A program made the position numbers and the translations under genes. A DNA stretch of 64,000 bases from assembly GCA_964016885.1 (NCBI GenBank), contig OZ024740.1, forward strand, positions 398,040,001 to 398,104,000. Reading direction: 5' to 3'. Below the pieces are notes generated by a model. It saw only the letters and a program-made list of their open reading frames with translations. It was not told the DNA's origin and ran no database searches. This stretch comes from Eledone cirrhosa (lineage: Eukaryota). Position 1 is the first letter of the stretch. Each line of letters begins with the position of its first letter. Shown here in pieces: positions 1 to 13,399 of this stretch.

Positions 1-139
1 ATCCCTAAGAATGCCGCTGCCGGACATCAAGGTATTCTCTCTACCCGAACACCCAATACAGGGAGCACAAAACAAACACCTTTGTCAGGCAGCGAGGTAA
101 CAAATATACTTGGCTGGCAGAAAACATTCCGTGCGATAC

Positions 140-378
140 TAAAGGCATGTGGTTAAAATGTCTTAGGAAAGAGCTCCTGGACAGATTTTTACGGGAAAAA
201 CCAACAGACAAGAGACCCAGGGATAGATCCTGAGAAAGATGGCTGGATAACATCCACGAGTTTAGCTGGTCAGGTTTGAGGATCAAGAAGAAGAAGAAGA
301 AGAAGAAGAAGAAGAAGAAGAAGAAGAAGAAGAAGAAGAAGAAGAAGAAGAAGAAGAAGAAGAAGAAGAAGAAGAAGA
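140..378 (+). mobile_element. 3' remnant of RTE-type LINE ending in (AAG)n tail
   Basis: Degenerate RT C-terminal coding (..KPT.KRPR.R...RWLDNI..), homologous to 14213-14400, followed by (AAG)n at 285-378. Confidence 0.65.
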
Positions 379-698
379 TATCTGAACATTAAAAAAGAGG
401 TCATTTTGGCGTTATACATTGATGTTAATAAAAAGATGAAATACTAAGTTAGAGAGTGAGAAGAAGAAGGAATATAAAATTTAACATTATATTAAATGAT
501 ATATATTGCATTTATATATTAAATGATATATTGACTCGGTTATCAATCACTGCTAAAACGGCACGTCGCTTCGGCTTTAGGTTTCGCTTCTGAATCAATA
601 TTTTCAAAGGATTAAGAATGTTTGTAACTATTATTAAACTATTCAAGGTGACCTGTACAAGTGTTATAAGTAAAAAAAGATGTAATTTTTACGGCACG

Positions 699-800
699 TA
701 TGTATGATTGAATGTATGTATGTATGTATGTATGTATGTATGTATGTATGTATGTATGTATGTATGTATGTATGTATGTATGTATGTATGTATGTATGTA

Positions 801-862
<62 letters not shown>
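699..862. repeat. (TATG)n-(TG)n compound microsatellite
   Basis: Direct tandem repeats. Confidence 0.95.
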
Positions 863-867
<5 letters not shown>

Positions 868-1003
868 TACTGGGTGAATTGATTTTACTGCTATTATCCG
901 CTGATTCTCAACTGATACATGAAAATGGTCAATGTGAGGAATTGTTCCCTCAATCCATTGACTACATTCATAGCATTCACGGCGATACGACGCACAAGTT
1001 ATA

Positions 1004-1179
1004 CAGGAGCAGTGGAAGCATATGGGGGGGGGGGGGTCAACTTAGTTGTAGTGGTTAGTTTAGCTCTTTACTCTCTGAAATGGTCAGAAAATATACATAG
1101 ATTGTAGCGAACATCCAAATAGTTGAGTGTTTGGGTAGTTTGGAGAGAAAATATGATTATTAGAGTTCCACCGCCCCTG
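1004..1179. mobile_element. MITE with CAGGRRCGGTGGAA-type terminal inverted repeats
   Basis: caggagcagtggaa ... ttccaccgcccctg; the internal sequence recurs at 9908-10010. Confidence 0.55.
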
Positions 1180-1320
1180 TATATATATATATATACCCAG
1201 GGAGTGTAACATGATTCCAGAGTCGGACCAGATCGATACAGATCAAACCTTGAGCTGGTCAACAGAGAAACTCGCGTCACCAATCAATAAACGTAATGAA
1301 AGCTTAACAAATCGCCCTTG

Positions 1321-1373
<53 letters not shown>

Positions 1374-1442
1374 GGTCCCGGGTTGAGTCGGGGATAACCA
1401 CAGTAAGTAAGGTACTCAATACATGGCAGAGTAAAATTTTTT

Positions 1443-1562
1443 TATTTTATAGAAGGAGCTTCTACAGGACTAGTACTGTTTCATTCAGATGAAATCTTCA
1501 GGCAGCTTCCTGAAGATTTCATCTGAATGAAACAGTACTAGTCCTGTAGAAGCTCCTTCTAT

Positions 1563-1568
<6 letters not shown>
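1443..1568. mobile_element. Penelope-like terminal remnant as a perfect palindrome in (TA)n
   Basis: ~60-bp perfect arms around cagctt, flanked by (TA)n; contains a hammerhead core. Confidence 0.75.
1504..1554 (+). ncRNA. Type I hammerhead ribozyme
   Basis: agcttc-CUGAAGA-u uuc aucu gaa u-GAA-ACAG uacuaguc CUGU-A-gaagct: stems I, II and III plus the core are visible. Confidence 0.7.
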
Positions 1569-1597
<29 letters not shown>

Positions 1598-1665
1598 GAA
1601 AGGTATAGAAATTGTTTTAGCGAGAAGCTAACAGTATTTCATAACATATATATATATATATATTT

Positions 1666-1696
<31 letters not shown>

Positions 1697-1857
1697 GCCT
1701 TTATTTTTAAATTTATCTCATTCCTTGTATTTTGATCATGCTTTATTTTTATTTTTATCTTTATTTTTTATTTTTTCATTCGCACCGTTTCCTTTCGCTA
1801 TATGTCTCTCCACCACTCCCCTACACACCCTTTGAACTCTGTTCCAACACACTTCCC

Positions 1858-1889
1858 ACCTGAGGAAGGGCTTATGCCCGAAACGTCGT
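1858..1889 (+). ncRNA. Minimal hammerhead-like motif (Penelope-type)
   Basis: CUGAGGA a GGGC uuau GCCC GAAACGUC with palindromic ACGU stem III; stem I is weak. Followed by AATAAA and (TA)n. Confidence 0.55.
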
Positions 1890-2057
1890 CCCCCACCAAC
1901 ACCCCACTCTCCAGAGCGTGAAATTAATAAACATTTGTTGTACTGCCTCTCTGTTTTGTCCCTGTTCAAATTTTTCCATTATATATATATATATATATAC
2001 ATACATACATTAATTTATTATGGCTATTGGTGATCTTTGTTACAGGATCACCAGTCC

Positions 2058-2102
2058 TGTCTGATGATCCTGTAAGTACACAGGTGAAACTCCAGAGTAA
2101 CA
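2058..2102 (+). ncRNA. Type I hammerhead ribozyme in a Penelope-like remnant
   Basis: ugu-CUGAUGA-u CCUGU aaguac ACAGG u-GAA-ACU ccag AGU-A-aca; partial inverted copies at 2013-2050. Confidence 0.7.
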
Positions 2103-2198
2103 AGTCTCATCACTTAGCCATAATAAATGAATATTTAAACTCTACTTCGATATAAAATATTCATTCTTATCTTCGTCAATAATTCATGTACTCGCAGA

Positions 2199-2480
2199 CT
2201 CTCAGATCTTGAATAATTGCCCCCCTCCCCATCATTTTTATTCCCCTCCCCCGCTTATTGAATTTTGCTAATCTATCTCCGGCAAAATTTCAAGTGATTC
2301 ATATTGATACAGCGGCTGGAGAATCTAACAATAATTTTATTTTACATTAAAAAACCCCATTATATATGAAAAAAAACAACATTACAAGAAATCGCATAAT
2401 TACGAACGTTCACTATACAATGACCAATTTCCCAGGCCCCCCTTATTCTAATCCTTCCTATTATTTGGGACCCAAGAGCA
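2199..2480. mobile_element. Tc1/pogo-like MITE, copy 1
   Basis: Ends actctcagatcttgaataa ... ttatttgggacccaagag; internal sequence similar to 9581-9895. Confidence 0.6.
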
Positions 2481-3752
2481 CCACCAAACTCTCCTCCTCT
2501 CTATGTCTATCATACACACCTCTCTTTTAATCTCACTCTTTATATCTACTACCACCAAACTCTCCCCTCTCTATATCTACTACGACCCCGCCTCTCTATA
2601 TCTAACACTATTATACTCTCCCCCTCTCTATAAATATCTATACTTATCTTTCCCAATCCCCCTCTCTATATCAATCATCCCTAAACTCTCCTCCTCCCTA
2701 TATCTACTACACGGCATTCGCCCATTATCCCACTCTCTATATCTACAACCACCAAATTCTCCCCCTCTCTATATCTAACATACAAAACACCCTCCTCCCA
2801 ATCCCTCTTTATATCAATCATCCCCAAACTCTTCCCCATCTCTATAACGCGGCATTCTCTCATTATCCCCCTTACTCACCAGCAACCCCCTCTCTATACC
2901 CAATATACAACACTTTATGATAATCCCCCTCTCTATATCTATTATACAACACTTTCTCGTAATCGTTCTCTCTCTATCCACCACCAAACTCCCACCTCTA
3001 TATCTTTTACGAAACTGTCTCTCCCAATACCCCTCTCTATATTTAGCAATATTTATCTCTCCCAACCCCTCACTATATCTACTATATCTACCATCGAAAT
3101 CTATCCCTCTCTATATCTACTACACGACACTCTTTCCCAATCCACCTCTCTATATCGACTACAAACTCTCCCCCCATCTACATCAACCATCCAACAATCT
3201 CTCCCAATGCCTCTCTCTATATAAATTAGCACCAAACTTTCCTCCTCTATATACTACACAAAACTCTCTTCCAACCTCACTCTCTATATCAAGTAACACC
3301 AAACTCTCTCCCCCTCTCTATATCGACTACACGGAACTCTTTTCCAATACCCCTCTCTATATCAATTAGCACCAAACTCTCCCCCTCTCTATATCGACTA
3401 GATGGAACTCTCTTCCAATACCCCTCTCTATATCAACTAACACCAAACTCCCCCTCTCTCTATCTACTACACGGAACTCTCTTCCAATCCCTCTCTCTAC
3501 ATCAATAAACATCAATCTCTCCCTCTTTCTATATCTACCATACGGCACCCTCTTTCAATCCATATCACTCTATAAATCACCAATCAACTCTCCTCCTCTC
3601 TATATCTACCACGACACAGACTCTTTCATCCCCCTCTCTATATCTATCTACATTTATATCTCCTAATCCCCCTCTCTATACCAATAACCACTAAATCTCC
3701 CCCTCTCTTCGTCAATTAACACTAAACTGCCCCCTCTCTATATCAATTACCA
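2481..3752. repeat. Degenerate CT-rich minisatellite (alternating ~30/~35-bp units with a ccctctctatatc core)
   Basis: Dozens of accaaactctcccctctctatatc-like units; continues at 9398-9580 beyond Tx1 copy A. Confidence 0.85.
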
Positions 3753-3945
3753 CATATAGACGTGTATTACTTCGCTCCGGATTTTTACGGATTATTGTTA
3801 AAAAAACTGTGAGTTCATTGTTCAATTTGTTAGCATTGTTTAGTTTAGCCCCTTGTCTGGGCCTTCAGACGTTGAGTCAACTAATTTTCGCCCCTTTTTG
3901 GGGCGAAATTTTCATCTCAAAACTGTGTAGACTTGGTAGTCAATA

Positions 3946-5741
3946 ATGGATGCCATTTCAACCTCGCACACTGTCGTGAGTACCACGTTCACTAAAAAAG
4001 TGGTGAAGGGAAGGTAGGAGTACAAATATTGCAGCCTTCCCCCCTCGCATTATCGAAAAACGTTGAAAATATTGAAACCGCGGAACCAAACCCGGTAAAT
4101 AATACCAGCACCAACAACAAGAACAATGACAATAACACCACAACCAACAACTGCAACAATAACAACACAAAGGAAAACATGAACAATATCAACAACAGTG
4201 ACAACAACAACAGCAACAAAAAAGACAACAACACAAAAACAAAGTTCGCACAGACTGTAAAAAAAACGAACTATACACGCCAATTGACATAACAAATGCT
4301 AAACAACTACTACAAGACGCAAAACAATACGTGACTTTTGGCGAAAACGGTGCTTTTAGCATCAATTCTCCATAGGTATTACGTAGAGAGGCTGTCCTGA
4401 AAACCACAGTTTTCAGGACAATATCTAACGAAACAGGAAAACCAGCTCAATTATCACAAAATGAAATTGAGATGGTTCTAAAAGATGCAATGAAGGACAT
4501 AACCTTCATCCAAAAAGGAAAACTGTTTGGTAGCATTTCGGTGCTAATGAATAACCAGCCAACAGCACAAAAATACTCTGTATCACCCATTGTATCCCCC
4601 CCGCTTCACCTTTTCCCCACATACAGGGGAAAAAGGACACAAAGAATAAAAATAATGAGTATCACACCAAATGTAAATATTTGGTGGATACTATGTGGAT
4701 TCATTGACTTTGATGAAGACAGGATAATTTCAGTAGGAAAGTCCTCCGTAGAAGTTCTGGTGCAAATGAGACCAGAACGAATAGCGAATATCCTACAACG
4801 CGTGCCTCTGGACGGGCTAACTTATATAAACATTTCAGTGGAGGGAAGGCGGCCGTCATGTTACCACTGCTTAAGCAGGGGTCACGTGAGGGCTGCCTGT
4901 CCTCAATTAACGAGTAAAAAAAAAAGGCTCTTCTGCCAACCCCGAACACAACAACACATATACCACCACCACCACCACCACCACCACCACCACCACCACA
5001 ACAACAACAACAACCACAACAACACGGAAAAATAACAACACAAGACACTGTTCCACCCAACCCCCTCCCCACCTAAAACAAATACAAAAGCAACCACAAC
5101 AAAACCCCAAAATATACCCCTCCCCAACAACACGGAGGAGGACTCCGTATCAACGTCACCAAGTGACGACGAGGGAGAACCCTTTCAACAGGTGAAAAGG
5201 AAAAAAAAAGGCACCACATTAACAAAAATGCAGCAAACACACAACTACCAGCACAAACATCACAAACATCCCAAACAAAAAAACCCACCCCTCCCGAAAA
5301 CATAACACATACTACAAAACGCAAACACGCACAAGAACAACAAACACAACACAACAAAAACACTATACATACATTAACAAGAACAATACAACTTTGATGA
5401 AAGCAATAGACGACAACCCTTCGGTGGAAACCGAAGGGATCACTTTCACCTACGCAGCGGACAAACCGCACCTAATGATGATTAGGGTCGCAACGGAAAC
5501 CTATGTAACTCTGAAAAAGAACCATCCAATGCATGTGGTGACCACCTGCACCAAACCACTTAACCGCGTCCTATTGAGATGTTTCCCCACCACCACACCA
5601 GACACCCACACCCCACCAAACACCCCAATCCCACCACACACTGATGTCCTCACCCCACCACAAACCACCACCCCACCAAACAACCCTTCCAACACCCCCA
5701 TGGAAATTGTGCAGCCTGGTCCCCAGGAGACGAAGAGGTAA
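3946..5741 (+). pseudogene. Tx1 copy A ORF1 (gag-like, frameshifted)
   Basis: Fragments 4029-4292, 4472-5035 (CYHCLSRGHVRAAC) and 5394-5741 are homologous to the 622-aa ORF1 of copy E. Confidence 0.85.
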
Positions 5742-5782
5742 GTAATTTCCTTTCCTCTTCCTTTTAACTCTTCAGCACCAAC

Positions 5783-8700
5783 ATGGCCAATATAAGAGTT
5801 GGATGTGTGAATGCACGCGGCCTTGGGATGTCCTGGAAACAGGGTAAACTCTTAAATGACCTCAGGTCGCACAGAGTGGATGTAATGGTTATTTGCGAGT
5901 CCAGGATCAGCAGCGAGCGCCAACTGGCCCCCATCTTCGACGACTATGAGATCTACGCATCTCTCTGTCAGCCGAGGTGTGGGGGTGGGGTTGTCGTTCT
6001 GCTGCGAAAACACCTGGGTCTTGCCACACAGAAGGTACACCTGGACCCGGAGGGTCGACTGGTGGTTTTAGACATCGGCAGTAGTGAAGGTGGAGCTTTC
6101 AGGCTGGTGGCAGCGTATGCCCCATCTGGGACACCGCGACCGGACTTCTTCCGACGCCTGGAGAATTTCCTGGGAACGTCTCGCTCCTTGCTTTTAGTGG
6201 GGGACTGGAATGGTATCTTGAATGCACGTTGGGACTATGTAGGGGCATGTCCCGATAGAGGGCGGTGTAACAGCCTCAAACGATTAATCGGCCGATTTGA
6301 TCTGGCCGATAGATATCGACTAGATTTTCCGACTGTGCCACTGTGGACGTGGAGTAATCGCAGCGGAACATCTAGGTCGTACCTAGATAGGTTCCTAGTA
6401 AGAAATAAGGATAGGGACATATTAAGTTGTCCACGAATGTTCATGGTTGACTATTCGGATCACAAGTTGTTGACCGGAGTGGTCAACCTTGATAGAACTC
6501 ATAGACAGGGACGCGGTTACTGGAAGCTAAACTTGTCTTTACCGACAAACAAAGCTTACAGTAAGCTTACTAGTTAAGCAGCGTTTGACAGGGGCAATTG
6601 TCAACAGCAGGTGGTGGGTCTGTCTCAAGAGAGAAATTAAAATAGAATCGATAGGTTTTAGTCGGGAATTAGCATCAGATAGGAATAGAACTGAAAGGGA
6701 ATTAACAAATAGAGTTGAAGAGGCGATTAGGAGTGGCAACGTGGCCGGCGTGCTGACGTCAAGAACGGCCCTAGACCAGTTCTTTGATGCGAAGCACGAG
6801 GGCTGCGTTGTCAGGAGTAAAATACGTGCTCTGGGTAACGAGGGAACCAAAGCTGTTAGCTGGGCCCGAGTGACAGAGGAAAAAAGTGGAAACAAGTCAA
6901 CGATTCGGTCCTTGAAGGACCAGGATGGACGCGTGATCCTTGAACCTGAGCGGATGAGCGCGGCCTTTCAACGGCGCTTTGCACGACTGTTCGGGAGGGG
7001 CGGCGGGCCGGGTGGGGCCATGGATTTCGGTCCATACCTCGACGGTCTGGCGCGGCTCTCGGACGGGGAGGCGAAGTCCTGCGAGAGGCCGATTTCAGCC
7101 GCTGAAATAGGGGAAGCGCTGAGCCAATGCGGCAAACGCAAATCTCCGGGTCTCGATGGTCTACCATACGAACTTTATGTAGCGATGCCGGGCTTGTTTT
7201 CCGGTCTCCTCGAGGCGGTCTACTGCAACTGGAGAATTCCCAGTTCTGTGACCAAGGGCGTAGTCACGCTGGTGAGGAAGGACGAGAACAAAGGGGATGA
7301 CATAGATAACTTCAGGCCCATAACTCTGCTAAACACAGAGTTAAAGATTTTGGCCAAGGTGTTAGCGAAGAGGTTGGCGCTTGTCGTCGGGAACCTGGTG
7401 GGAGAAGCGCAGACATGCGCAATCCCGTCCAGGTCCATACACGACAACCTCCACCTCATGCGATACATCGTAGAGAGGGTAGGGAACGAACCCGGCTTTG
7501 GTGGGGCCCTGATCAACTTGGATCAATGTAAGGCGTTCGATAGGGTTGACCATCGGTACCTGGATGCGGTGCTCGCGGCGGCAGGCTTCGGACCCGTTCT
7601 CAGGGGCTGGATTGCTGCAATGCACAGCAGCAACACCTGCTCGAGGGACAAGGTGAACGGCTACCTCTCGGAGCCGTTCGAAATCACGCTATCCATTCGA
7701 CAGGGATGCTCTCTCTCCTCCCTCCTGTATGTGCTGGCTCTCGAGCCACTATTGCGGAAGCTGGAGCTGTTGCAGGGCATCCCCTTGGAACCGGGATTGC
7801 GGAAAGCGGTGTCGGCCTACGCCGATGACGTGACAGTAATGGTGTCGTGCGCCTCGGAAATCGGGCAGATCGGCACCTTACTGGAGGAATATGAAAGGTT
7901 CACAGGAACCAAGCTGAACCGGGACAAGTCCGTCGGTTTGCAATTCGGGACGTGGAGGGGCAAAACGATGCCCTCCGACGGCATCGCCGGACGCTGGACG
8001 GAGGGACCGGTGAAGCTGCTCGGGGTCTGGTTCGGACCGGACCTCCAGGTGGAGAAAAACTGGGACGAGATAACGGGCAAGGTCTTTGCACTCGCCCAGA
8101 AGTGGGCCGAGTGCAAACTAACCCTGAAAGGTCGAGCGGAGGTGGCGAACGCTTATATAGCGTCCGTCATCTACTACCGCTTGACCGTCGTGCCTTGCCC
8201 AGAGAAAACACTCGCCAAAATGGAGCGCGCGCTCTTCCGATTTCTTTGGAGAAGCGGGCTCCTTTGGTGAGAAGATACACCACGTAGACACGCATTAAGG
8301 TTACGGCACCTCCAGGTATTCCTCACCGGTCAGCCGGTGTGGGTCCTGTTTGTGAGGCGAGCCTTTCCGAGACTTGTCTCACTCACCGAGCTGCAATCCT
8401 GGGTCAAGCAAAGACCGAGAAAAGTGGGCGACTGTCACATTGAATGTGCCCAGGCGCTCACGGCCCTCTGGCAAGCGGATCCGGCAATCAGTACAGACTC
8501 AACCTCAACATTCTATAGAGGGTTGGTGCGCAGTAAGTGCGACGACGCTCTCGGAGAGGCTCTGGGCATGGAGGAAGACGAGCTGGCCAGTCTGTTCGGT
8601 AGGACGTTTGGCCTGGGATCGATGGACAACTTCCAAAAGTCCCTGGCTTGGCAATGTTACCGAGGAGCTCAACCCGTTCGGGACAAGCTCTACAGACACG

Positions 8701-9149
8701 GGCGCCCGGGTAGGGACCCCTAGAAGAAGATCTGTTCAAGATGCGTGCGTGACGAGGAAACCGTCGCACACGCATTCGTACATTGCCCGGGCGTTGCTGA
8801 CCTGTGGGGCTATGTAGAACGACTACTGTCGCGGGTGGGACCAATCCGGTTGACCACCGAGAACATTGTCACGATCAAACCGCCTCCCCCTTTCAAAAAC
8901 GAAGGAGAGGCGGTTTTTCTCTGTGAGATAGCCATGGCGAAAGAAGTTGTATGGTGGACAAGGTTTAAAGGGCTGAAGTCAGACACCTATCTCTCCGGCC
9001 AACAACTGGTATTTTTTTTCAAGTACCACTTTAGAAGAAGGATCAGAATGGAGAGAGAGGTGCTCTACCCCAGCAAGTTTTATGAAAGATGAGTGAAAGT
9101 AGCGAGAATGGCCCGAGTGAATGGGCCTTCTCTCTATATCAGCCTGTAG
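5783..9149 (+). pseudogene. Tx1 copy A ORF2 (APE endonuclease + RT, disrupted)
   Basis: NARG/YAP/GDWN/YLDRF/SDH endonuclease motifs; QGCSLS and YADD RT motifs; frameshifts, deletions and stops at ~8270, ~8721 and ~9090. Confidence 0.92.
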
Positions 9150-9580
9150 GTGAGAGAGGAGAAGAATGAGAAGAGTAAGGAAGCACCCGCTCTTTGTGCT
9201 CCTGAAGAGGAGGGTTGCACCATTTTTCGGGGGTGTGTGCGACCCATGTCAACGCCCCTCCCTATTGAGGACATCGATTGTTAAATTTAATTTGTTATAT
9301 GTTTTTTACACGTCTTTTTAAATGTATGTAAACTCCCCACCTTTGTATTTGTCCCAATCTTTGATGCCCTGGTGGCAAATAAATAGAAATATATATCTAA
9401 CATACAACACTCTCTTTCAATACCCCTCTCTATATCAATTACCACTATACTCTCCCTCTCTCTATATCTACCACGACACTGTCTCTCTCAATACCCCTCT
9501 CTATACTAATTACCACTACACTCTCCCTCTCTATATATCTACCATACAACAGTCTCTCCCAATCCCCTCTCTCTATCAAT

Positions 9581-9895
9581 TACTCTCTGGTCATGAATAC
9601 CCACTCCCTATTAATTTTTCCGATTTTTTAACCCTTCCCCGCTTTCATTCTACCCCCCCCCCCCTTATTAACATTTTCTAATCTACCTCCGACGAAATTT
9701 TATTGTGATTCATATCGATACAGCAGCTGGAAAATCTAATAATAATTTTATTTTATATTAAAAATACATTATATATGATAAAAATAGAACATAACCAGAA
9801 ATTGCATATTTACGAAAGTGCACTATACAAGTCCCTCCGCTTATACGAATTTAAGAAAATGTCAACCCACCCCTATTATTTGGGACCCGAGAGTA
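9581..9895. mobile_element. Tc1/pogo-like MITE, copy 2
   Basis: TA-ctctctggtcatgaata ... tatttgggacccgagag-TA terminal inverted repeats. Confidence 0.65.
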
Positions 9896-9907
9896 TATAT
9901 ATATAAA

Positions 9908-10321
9908 CAGGGACGGTGGAAGTATTTCTGAATAGAGGGGGGGGGGGGATTTGGTCAATTTAGTTGTGATTATTTTAGCTCTTTGCACTCTAAAATGATC
10001 AGAAACTGCAATTTGAGTCCAAGCAGGTAATATTACATGTACAGCTTTCAAAAGATATGAAGTTATTATAGCAAAATGAGCTATGGAATCTGTCTCTGAA
10101 TATACATACTAGTGTGGAGAAAAAGTTATGACATGACAAATAAACTTACTATAAAGGTTAACAATATATTATCAAATATCAACGAAGATATAAAAATACT
10201 TCGATATGCGATAAATATAACATGTACATAAATTATAGCACATATACAAATAGATGTGGGTTTTGGTAGTTTGGGGAGAAATTATTGGTATGCCCTCCCA
10301 CTCCCTGTTCGACTGCCCATG
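9908..10321. mobile_element. MITE related to 1004-1179
   Basis: Starts cagggacggtggaag; degenerate right end gttcgactgcccatg. Confidence 0.4.
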
Positions 10322-10759
10322 CGTCATGGTTCCATAACTCATGAAGGGATCGTAGAGGCGTTGTATCGAAATACGGCGCCTCTAGGGCATTTTAAAACCT
10401 GGCGTAGCCCGATCTTCTCCAAGTTTGAATACAGAAGATTTCTCCAAGAGAAGGATATAGAATGGGATAATGGAAGTGAAAAAGAGATATAGAGGAAGAC
10501 ACGACTCCAGTACTTGACTGGTACGTTTTTATGGACCCCGAATGGATCAAAGGCAAAATTGAGCCGAAACGAATACCGCAAAGTATTCTACCCGTCGCTC
10601 TAATACCTATTTACATATATATATTCTTTTATTTGACTGTGCTGAGGTACCACCATGAATTACTCAATCGTTGCGAGCGCCCCCTATCCCCACCCCCTGT
10701 GCTTATTATTATACTACCTATCTCTTTTTAGTCGAACCGCTAAGTTACGGAAAGACAAA

Positions 10760-10849
<90 letters not shown>

Positions 10850-12025
10850 CTAGCTAAACTACCCGTCCTTTGGACGGTTCAAGTAGCTTTCGATATAGCT
10901 CATTAAACTAAACAAAGTAAGTTTGAATACATAGAAGAAAAACGTACTTTATGTAAACATGAAAACCTTAGGCACTATTCCAGCAAAATAATTAATATGT
11001 GAGCTCGGTGTCATCCGTTATACCATGTAACAACAGAAATCCAGTCTAGGTATATATTTTTTTGACAACAGTAAAAGCGCATCATGAAATAGAGAAGTGA
11101 AGTGAATAATAGACACTATTATGTACAAAGTATATTGTAAAATTTATGACATCACTTAATGTATGAACATCAAGCTTGAAACGATAAATTATACAATGTC
11201 AAATCTATAACTTAACTTAGTAATCTGTTAGAAATTGCTGGTTGTGAAATATACAAAATGATATTGTTAGTCTCAAGGAAGCGTACCTTTTGTTTCAAGT
11301 ACAAAGAGTAAATTAAAATCCGAATGAGCCGAATTACGAAAGATAACTTTTGTTTTAAAAAAATCACGAAAATTCACACAAATAACCGAAATTTTTTAAG
11401 GCCCCAATATCGATTTTTGAAAGCTTTTGTAGATCATGTACAGGTTTTGTGCAAGGAGAAGCTCTGTAAAAAATTTCAAAGAAATCGCATTAATGGTTTA
11501 GAATATATGAGCCCTTTTAGCAGAGAAGTGTATTTAGAGAGTTGGTAAGGTTGCCACGAGGAACCAGGTTTGGTAGAAAGATATGATAGGAATATCGACA
11601 ACGACTTTAGCTTGTTTTTACATTATTTATTAACAAAGGTTAAGAAGTGAATTAAACTGGCATGCCAAGAATAATGAAATAATTCAATTAAGATTACAAG
11701 AGAAAATACGGTCGACTGGTTGAGGCTTTGGCCAGGTCCGTAGTAAAATTGTTGTGTCGTTACATATTGTTTGTGCTTACGGAGCAAAAGAACAAGCAGT
11801 GTTTACCTTAGCATGGTCAAGCTGCGAGTCTGAGATTCCTCAAATCTTCGCGGGCTATTTCTCCCTCAGAACGCGTAGGGATATATCGTCTACTCCTGGC
11901 GCTGATTGGCTGAGCTGAGCCAAATCACGCACAGAGAATGTATGTGAGCCCGCGGAATGTAGGTCACTACACCCTCATTAAAAATTGTCCACACACACAT
12001 ACACACACATACAGAAAACTTCGTC

Positions 12026-12030
<5 letters not shown>
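10850..12030 (-). mobile_element. Non-autonomous Helitron
   Basis: On the minus strand the 3' end reads ccgtcc-aaa-ggacgg hairpin, ~9 nt, then CTAG|T; the 5' part (taaagacgaag...tgtgtgtg) is Helitron-like. Confidence 0.65.
11544..11971 (-). mobile_element. Candidate solo LTR nested in the Helitron
   Basis: Minus strand begins TGTAGTGACC and contains a CCAAT box, a TATA-like motif and AATAAA, ending ggcaaccttacc; no TSD seen. Confidence 0.4.
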
Positions 12031-12121
<91 letters not shown>

Positions 12122-12378
12122 CTTTTCCTGGGTCCTGTATTTTCGTTGCTCTAGTGATGATGCGGCTGGACTGCCGATCGCTATATTTGATTTGCTAAGC
12201 TGTCTAAACGTATTGTTATTACTCTGGGGTACTTTTCCCCATCCGAGTGCTAAAGCTACAGACCGAATTTGCATTCGTTAGCTTGGCCGCAACTAAGGCT
12301 TCGTTAATGCTGTACTAAAATTTATATATATATATATATATATATATTAGTTTTACACATGATTTAGTAGGAAAAGCG

Positions 12379-12414
12379 TCTTAACGTTTCGGACACTAGT
12401 CCTTCATCAGAAGA
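12379..12414 (-). ncRNA. Minimal type I hammerhead ribozyme
   Basis: Reverse strand: ucuu-CUGAUGA a GGAC uagu GUCC GAAACGUU-aaga; lies in a (TA)n-flanked segment whose continuation (12425-12480) recurs at 427-482. Confidence 0.75.
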
Positions 12415-12669
12415 TTTAATGAGAAATAAAAAGATGAAATAGAAAATTAGAGAGTGAGAAGAAGAAGGAATACAATTTAAAAAAAAAATAAAAAACACGT
12501 GTGTATTCAGTCAGTCATCTATACGACAGGTTTCTGCATTTTCCGTTTACCAAACTTGACTCACAAGGCATAGTAAAAGACAGTTGCAGAGTGTTCCATG
12601 CAACAGAACTGAGCCCAGAACAACGTAGTTTGGTAGTGAATTTCTTAACCTCACAGCCCTGAATATGCC

Positions 12670-12755
<86 letters not shown>

Positions 12756-12767
12756 TGTGTGTGTGTA

Positions 12768-12813
<46 letters not shown>

Positions 12814-13170
12814 CGTGCGTGTGCATGGGTGTGTGTGTGTCCATTAGTGTGAGCGTGCGTGTGTGAGTGTGTCTGTGTGTGCATGCGTGTGTATGCCAAT
12901 GTGCTTTTATATGTATATGTCAGGATGTTACGGTGGAGCAAACAATTAAAACGTAAACGTTAGAAAAAGATAAACAAAAGGTGAAAAGAATTGTGAAAAA
13001 AAGAAGAAACATGGTGGATAAAATAAAAGCAATGGGTGTACTGTAGAAATATTTAGACCGAATAGAAAATATAGAATGCTGAAACTCCTTTTCATAGTAG
13101 AGTAAGACAATTCATCTGGAAGTCGGACTCAGCCAAGGGTGCATGCTGCCATCTCTCCTGTTCATTATTT

Positions 13171-13381
13171 CGGCAGTATCGATAGGGGGTCGGGCACCAT
13201 ACTTTGCATCATAGAGTTATGGCCCTTTACGATCTGTGTTCAAATCCCGCTAAGGTTAACTTTACCTTTCATCCTTACGTGGTCGATAAAATAAAGTACC
13301 AGTCACGCACTGGTGTCGATTTAATCGACTTTTTCTTCCCCCGAAATTGCTGGCCTTGTGCCTATACTAGAAACCATTATT
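13171..13381 (+). mobile_element. tRNA-derived SINE (family ending ggccttgtgcc..agaaac.attatt)
   Basis: B-box gttcaaatcc; body tttcatccttac.gggtcgataaaataaagtaccag; at least 9 copies in the window. Confidence 0.85.
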
Positions 13382-13399
13382 TTCATGAACAGGATTTTC

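Larger units (their letters stand above)
3757..9397 (+). mobile_element. Tx1-clade non-LTR retrotransposon copy A (full-length, decayed)
   Basis: 5'UTR, ORF1 with CCHC knuckle, ORF2 with APE-RT-CCHC, 3'UTR with AATAAA and tatct end; high similarity to copies C, D and E. Confidence 0.93.

Noticed and set aside
708-1058. Low-complexity ORFs ([20 protein letters not shown]) throughout the window
   Set aside because: Translations of microsatellites, not genes.
2503-3548. P/L/S/Y-rich ORFs
   Set aside because: They arise from the CT-rich minisatellite, with no consistent frame.
5744-5782. Splice acceptor just before the ORF2 ATG
   Set aside because: The AG is present only in copy A (ttcag); D and E keep the pyrimidine tract and caccaacATG but have no AG.
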